A DNA stretch of 25,867 nucleotides from Seison nebaliae (Eukaryota): assembly GCA_023231475.1 (NCBI GenBank), contig JALJEE010001725.1, positions 62,001 through 87,867 of the forward strand. Reading direction: 5' to 3'. Numbering within the stretch: the stretch's first letter is position 1; each line of letters begins with the position of its first letter. A model generated the notes under the pieces. It was given only the letters and a program-made list of their open reading frames with translations. It did not search any database and was not told the DNA's origin. A program made the translations under genes and the position numbers. Shown here piece by piece: positions 22,901 to 25,867 of the stretch.

Positions 22901-23987
22901 GTGGTGGTGGTGATGATGTGTCATCATTCTTTCCAGAAGATGCAGTTTTTTGATGAGAATAAGTATTTTGATGTGAAGGAAGATCATGAGAATTAGGTGA
23001 AGGTGATGATGTTCCTGAATAATCAGTGTCATTTTTAGACTCTTCTTCTAATCGTGTCGGTGAAGTATTTGGAGATGTTCTTTTATTATATGTATTAGTG
23101 GAAGTGGTATTGGGAGTAGAACGACGTTTTCGTCCTTTCTCGTATCGAATAAGTTTTGCTTTATTACCTTTTATTCTCAATTTAGCACGAATTCGTCCAT
23201 TTTTCCCTACTTTAACTCCATTATATCGTTTATTAAATTTTGATTGTTCCCCATAAGTTTGACGGTTTTCTGATATTCTTTTGGTTTCATTAGGTTGATG
23301 TGGTTCTTCATCAAAATTTCCATCATTATCGACATGATCATGATCATGATTAGTTGAATGTTTCAAAACCGATTTATGGCCATTATTAGTTGGATGTTTG
23401 AGAGATGGTTTACGGTCATGACCATGTAGAGCATGTTGAGGATGGGAAGAGATATTGTGAGGTATATGTTGTGGAGCCGTATGAACTGGTTGAACATTAG
23501 CTACCGTATCACAATTTACACGACAACAATAAGAACGATAATTTTGACAAGGTGACAAACTTATACAATCGTTGGCATGGTGATGTACATGACATGGATC
23601 ACAACAAATTGTTGATTGAGAACCACATAATACTTTCTCCGTTTTTCCTCGCACAATCACTTTTGGGTATCTCATGTTGGCACTACGTAATGTTTGATCA
23701 TTGAACAATTCGAAGAGATTAATTTCAACTCTTCTTTCCAACAACTCTTTCGTCATCGGTTTCATTCTTTCATTTTGTTCGTCAGACTGAGGCAATCGAC
23801 GACCATCTCGGTAACGAAATGTATAAGGAGAGTCACGTTTCGGACGAGTATTGTCGTTCATTAATTTAGCTTCATCGCTACTCCCGATAACTTTACAATG
23901 ACCATCACGTTCTTTATTAATGAATGTTGCCCAATTAGCGAGAGAGGAGGGAGGGATAAAGTTTCTGAGATAAGCAATGTATGACAT
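19917..23987 (-). CDS. Unknown Ser/Lys/Asn-rich, largely disordered protein (1356 aa, intronless)
   Basis: A 4.07-kb stop-free frame in AT-rich DNA is very unlikely by chance. No domain recognised. Confidence 0.8.
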   Translation of the reverse strand: MSYIAYLRNFIPPSSLANWATFINKERDGHCKVIGSSDEAKLMNDNTRPKRDSPYTFRYRDGRRLPQSDEQNERMKPMTKELLERRVEINLFELFNDQTLRSANMRYPKVIVRGKTEKVLCGSQSTICCDPCHVHHHANDCISLSPCQNYRSYCCRVNCDTVANVQPVHTAPQHIPHNISSHPQHALHGHDRKPSLKHPTNNGHKSVLKHSTNHDHDHVDNDGNFDEEPHQPNETKRISENRQTYGEQSKFNKRYNGVKVGKNGRIRAKLRIKGNKAKLIRYEKGRKRRSTPNTTSTNTYNKRTSPNTSPTRLEEESKNDTDYSGTSSPSPNSHDLPSHQNTYSHQKTASSGKNDDTSSPPPPPSPSYQAFNESSPYPQNEKLNESSPPSKMLNESSLSSKRKKKITISESDKDKMNDTKQSSTVFKELTCNKESSEAKSNYKKSQTCHCVTFSPDSPISDGYSFTQCPCPSIDAYYSIEPSSCRIAPFSEDENSTNSSHAPSSPPILQSFNESDVEGKKINPSTLPSSKKTISKDQKSQIENPIRNPYRKRGWSTTDIKSFQKKTSPKLQKFHSHKSQSYRTDNKDRSKRTTYNSTRQTTDSSKPIHRTKPIRRETAKKISMKNQLPSKRKMISKKVPMSKMRKGKKQSSKDNGNSKRRLIDYNIGNPLRPTISSVERYLISPSSSCEVSKSHEDFFNDIKNLSKPSISSVERYLPTSSQKDKRAKRRSLSHFCCEKQLEKSRLTYAQYIEKHGLSKHLKKSSASDSRCRPCSIDEFDLGKNIFLGKTVKKSSGPSSPNSTKTSNSMKNTSQNPPTSSNTNETSKLFPPNFTSNQKSSKSSTNSRNSSTKLREDSMKSGKSSTKSPKSPLKSPKSTGNTSKCGKSPNSSIKSQKSSMKSPKSINKTKKNHPNNFNGLQYVNKKPSIDEEKHDQLVEIEPGYKRILMYDNNRRTINSYDGNSENIPSKFTNLSPEANEKLSSYYVTNGKKKELNEEKSYLYGINGTCNFTCKLLKSSSNEGNRIDLKYEESTENKYCSNSSDKLKSSICHQQTSNMNHQKCLPNFMEDRSIVYESNNHKSFSHYENRSKLISPLQHSRKLSFSNDNGQNVRSDYIGKSFVDITNHLKSFTNDGIGDKSSSIDTNYLRTSYIDSTLPDDRTPYEKSFDDQTMKNHQNSSSWNMGKSQKYSSSTSIMEKSYQNSSPSNIVNYYQNSSPSNIEKYYQNSSPSNIEKYCCNDSSISHMEKYQYFSCSSNVGRYYYDDDSSNSKLNKFSSCSNLRRYLPYSYTNHIYKYPMIPFKDNEFVRSMSDGMKLGRKICTNTYARLTFNNESSCPQSCGDSRVTHVSRPKIRQIKI
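20285..20400 (-). repeat. 36-bp coding tandem repeat x3 (YQNSSPSNI[EV][KN]Y)
   Basis: CAATATTTGATGGTGAAGAATT starts at 20294, 20330 and 20366 on the + strand. Confidence 0.9.
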
Positions 23988-24105
23988 ACCATATAACGAG
24001 GAAAAGATAGAAACTTAAAGGAAAAGTAGAAAAGAAAACTTCTCCCCCCCACACTTTTCCATCAGTTTTATACTATTAAAAAGAAAAAACCGGAATTGAA
24101 ACTAT

Positions 24106-25616
24106 ATGGAAACGCTTAGTTTCATGGAAAAATTTCGATTTGTTCTTCGAAATTCATATCCTTATCATTATCTTTCTAATGACAACTCGACGATTCCTGT
24201 TTTAATAACATCCAATAATCTGTCATCAGTTCAAGGATTTATGATTGATATCATCAAATATATTGCGGATGATTTACAATTTAAGTTTCAATTCTCTTAA
24301 TTTTATTAATACATAATTTTAATAATTATAATTTTATCAATTTTGTTCCAGATATGATTTCCTCATCCTACCAAAGAACATTTCAGTTGGAATCGAAAAT
24401 GCGGAAAAGACGCATTTGACGGGGATGTTGAATGTGATAGAAAAAAGAGTTTTTTTTCTTCTTTCAAAATTCAAAATGTATTATTAAATTTTTTGTATTA
24501 AAAGTCGAATTATCTCGCTGGAACGGTGGCGAATACGATAACACGAGAGAAATATGTACATTTCCTTTATCCAATTTTAACATATGGACTTGGCATTCTC
24601 ATTCAGAAGAATTATAAAGTGAATGATATTATGGGTGATTTGTTTCGCGTATTCTCCATTTTCCATTCAACTGTCTGGATCTTAGCAACTTTTAGTATTC
24701 TAATAGTTTTAATTGTCTTATCATTATTGAATAAATCGGATAAAGATCAGTCAAATTGTCTCTGTTATTATATCCCAATAATCTTCACTTATTCAGGTTA
24801 ACATGGAAATTGACATCTTTCTCAATTTTGCTTTAAAAAGACACTTCTATTTATCGAAAAAGATTAACAGTACGTATCGTCCTTTTATCTTGGGGGATTT
24901 TCGTTCATTTATTTCTCATTTTCTTCATCGCCAAATGGACTGCCATGTTCACCATACGTCAAACTAGACCATTAATATCATCATTAAATGATTTGATCAA
25001 ACACGAAGAAATCACTTTAGCTGTCGAACAAGGGAGTAATACTGAAGAATTATTATTCGTTAATTTTACCAATTTCCCAATTTTCTTTTAATTCTTTATA
25101 TAGACGTTAAACTTCGAACCGTTCAGTTCGTTAAAGAAACGTGTAATTTTCTTTCATTCTATCGATGATTGTGTTCAACAAATGAAGAAACAGTCGATTG
25201 TAGTAGTAGCCGATTATTCGACGTTACAACCAATTTGGAAAGAGTTTTGTGATTTAGAATTGATTCAAGAACAAAATGTATTTCAATACAATTCATTCGC
25301 TGTCGACAAAACTTTCATTTACACTGACATCTTTCGTCGAACTCTTCGACGAATGGATGAATTTGGAATAATGGAACGTTTAAAAAAATCGTATTGGACA
25401 ATTACCAAAAGTCGACCGATATGTCATCGAAATTTCTTTGATCCCAATCAAACAAATCGATTAATGGATGGAAGAGAAAAGAGAGTATCTGAAGCTATAT
25501 CTTTCTGTCATTTATCAGGAATTTTTACTTTTATGCTCTCCCTTTATTTCATATGTGCATCGATATTAGTTGCGGAGAAACAATTGAAAAAATATTATTC
25601 AGTACAACACGACTAA
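24106..25616 (+). CDS. Divergent ionotropic (glutamate) receptor of IR type, no amino-terminal domain seen; exons 24106-24284, 24352-24448, 24505-24796, 24841-25058, 25104-25616
   Basis: All four introns are phase-compatible. Motif order S1 (QGFMIDIIKYIADDLQF, TGMLNVI, TITREKYVHFLYP), M1 (FSIFHSTVWI), M3 (VRIVLLSWGIF..), S2 (ISSLNDL, QGSNTE, LRRMDEFGIMERLKKSYW), M4 (LSGIFTFML..LVAEK). Confidence 0.88.
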
Positions 25617-25669
25617 AGCACTGACAAAATCAATAGCAATCAATATATTGATTAACATTCTATTACAAA

Positions 25670-25822
25670 TCAATTTTTTTCACATACATTAAACATTTCG
25701 TATTGTGGCAAATAAAAGCTTATGTTGTGTGGAGATGTTGGTTCGGCACCTTGTCCGGTAGCCGTCCCGTCAGATTCTTTGCCATCGACGTTCAGTTCTT
25801 TCTGGCTTGACTTACCAGACAT
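25670..25822 (-). CDS. Possible small ORF or first exon (MSGKSSQKELNVDGKESDGTATGQGAEPTSPHNISFYLPQYEMFN...)
   Basis: 50-codon ATG ORF that is more GC-rich than its flanks and contains donor-like GTAAGT and GTATGT. No homology recognised. Confidence 0.3.
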   Translation of the reverse strand: MSGKSSQKELNVDGKESDGTATGQGAEPTSPHNISFYLPQYEMFNVCEKN

Positions 25823-25867
25823 AGTGCACAAAGATACAATATATAGAAAGGGATTTTATTTAATATT

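Overview
AT-rich, very gene-dense eukaryotic DNA from an animal, probably a protostome with a compact genome. The species cannot be identified from this window. About 16 protein-coding genes can be assembled by hand, most with short GT-AG introns (usually 42-75 nt) or no introns. In order: 3' end of an SH3 protein (AHI1/jouberin-like), a secreted Kunitz inhibitor missed by the ORF track, an RPA43/Rpb7-family polymerase subunit, eIF6, ZC4H2, HDDC3/MESH1, a COMM-domain protein, ZDHHC23, a Thr-rich mucin-like membrane protein, an intronless SLC6 transporter, an eL40 (RPL40) fusion gene hosting a SNORD80/snR60-type C/D snoRNA, a Cys/Pro-repeat membrane protein, ELP4, non-muscle myosin regulatory light chain, a 1356-aa low-complexity orphan, and a divergent ionotropic receptor. 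Most unusual: (1) eL40 is fused to a 67-aa, nearly lysine-free ubiquitin-like domain ending LELLGG instead of ubiquitin, and its Lys22 is Ser; (2) ZDHHC23 lacks about 14 aa of its catalytic Cys-rich domain, and its stop codon overlaps the COMMD start; (3) 18 of 21 inferred splice donors are GTT rather than GTR. No transposon, CRISPR, tRNA or rRNA was seen. All gene models and homolog comparisons are manual and from memory, with no database search.
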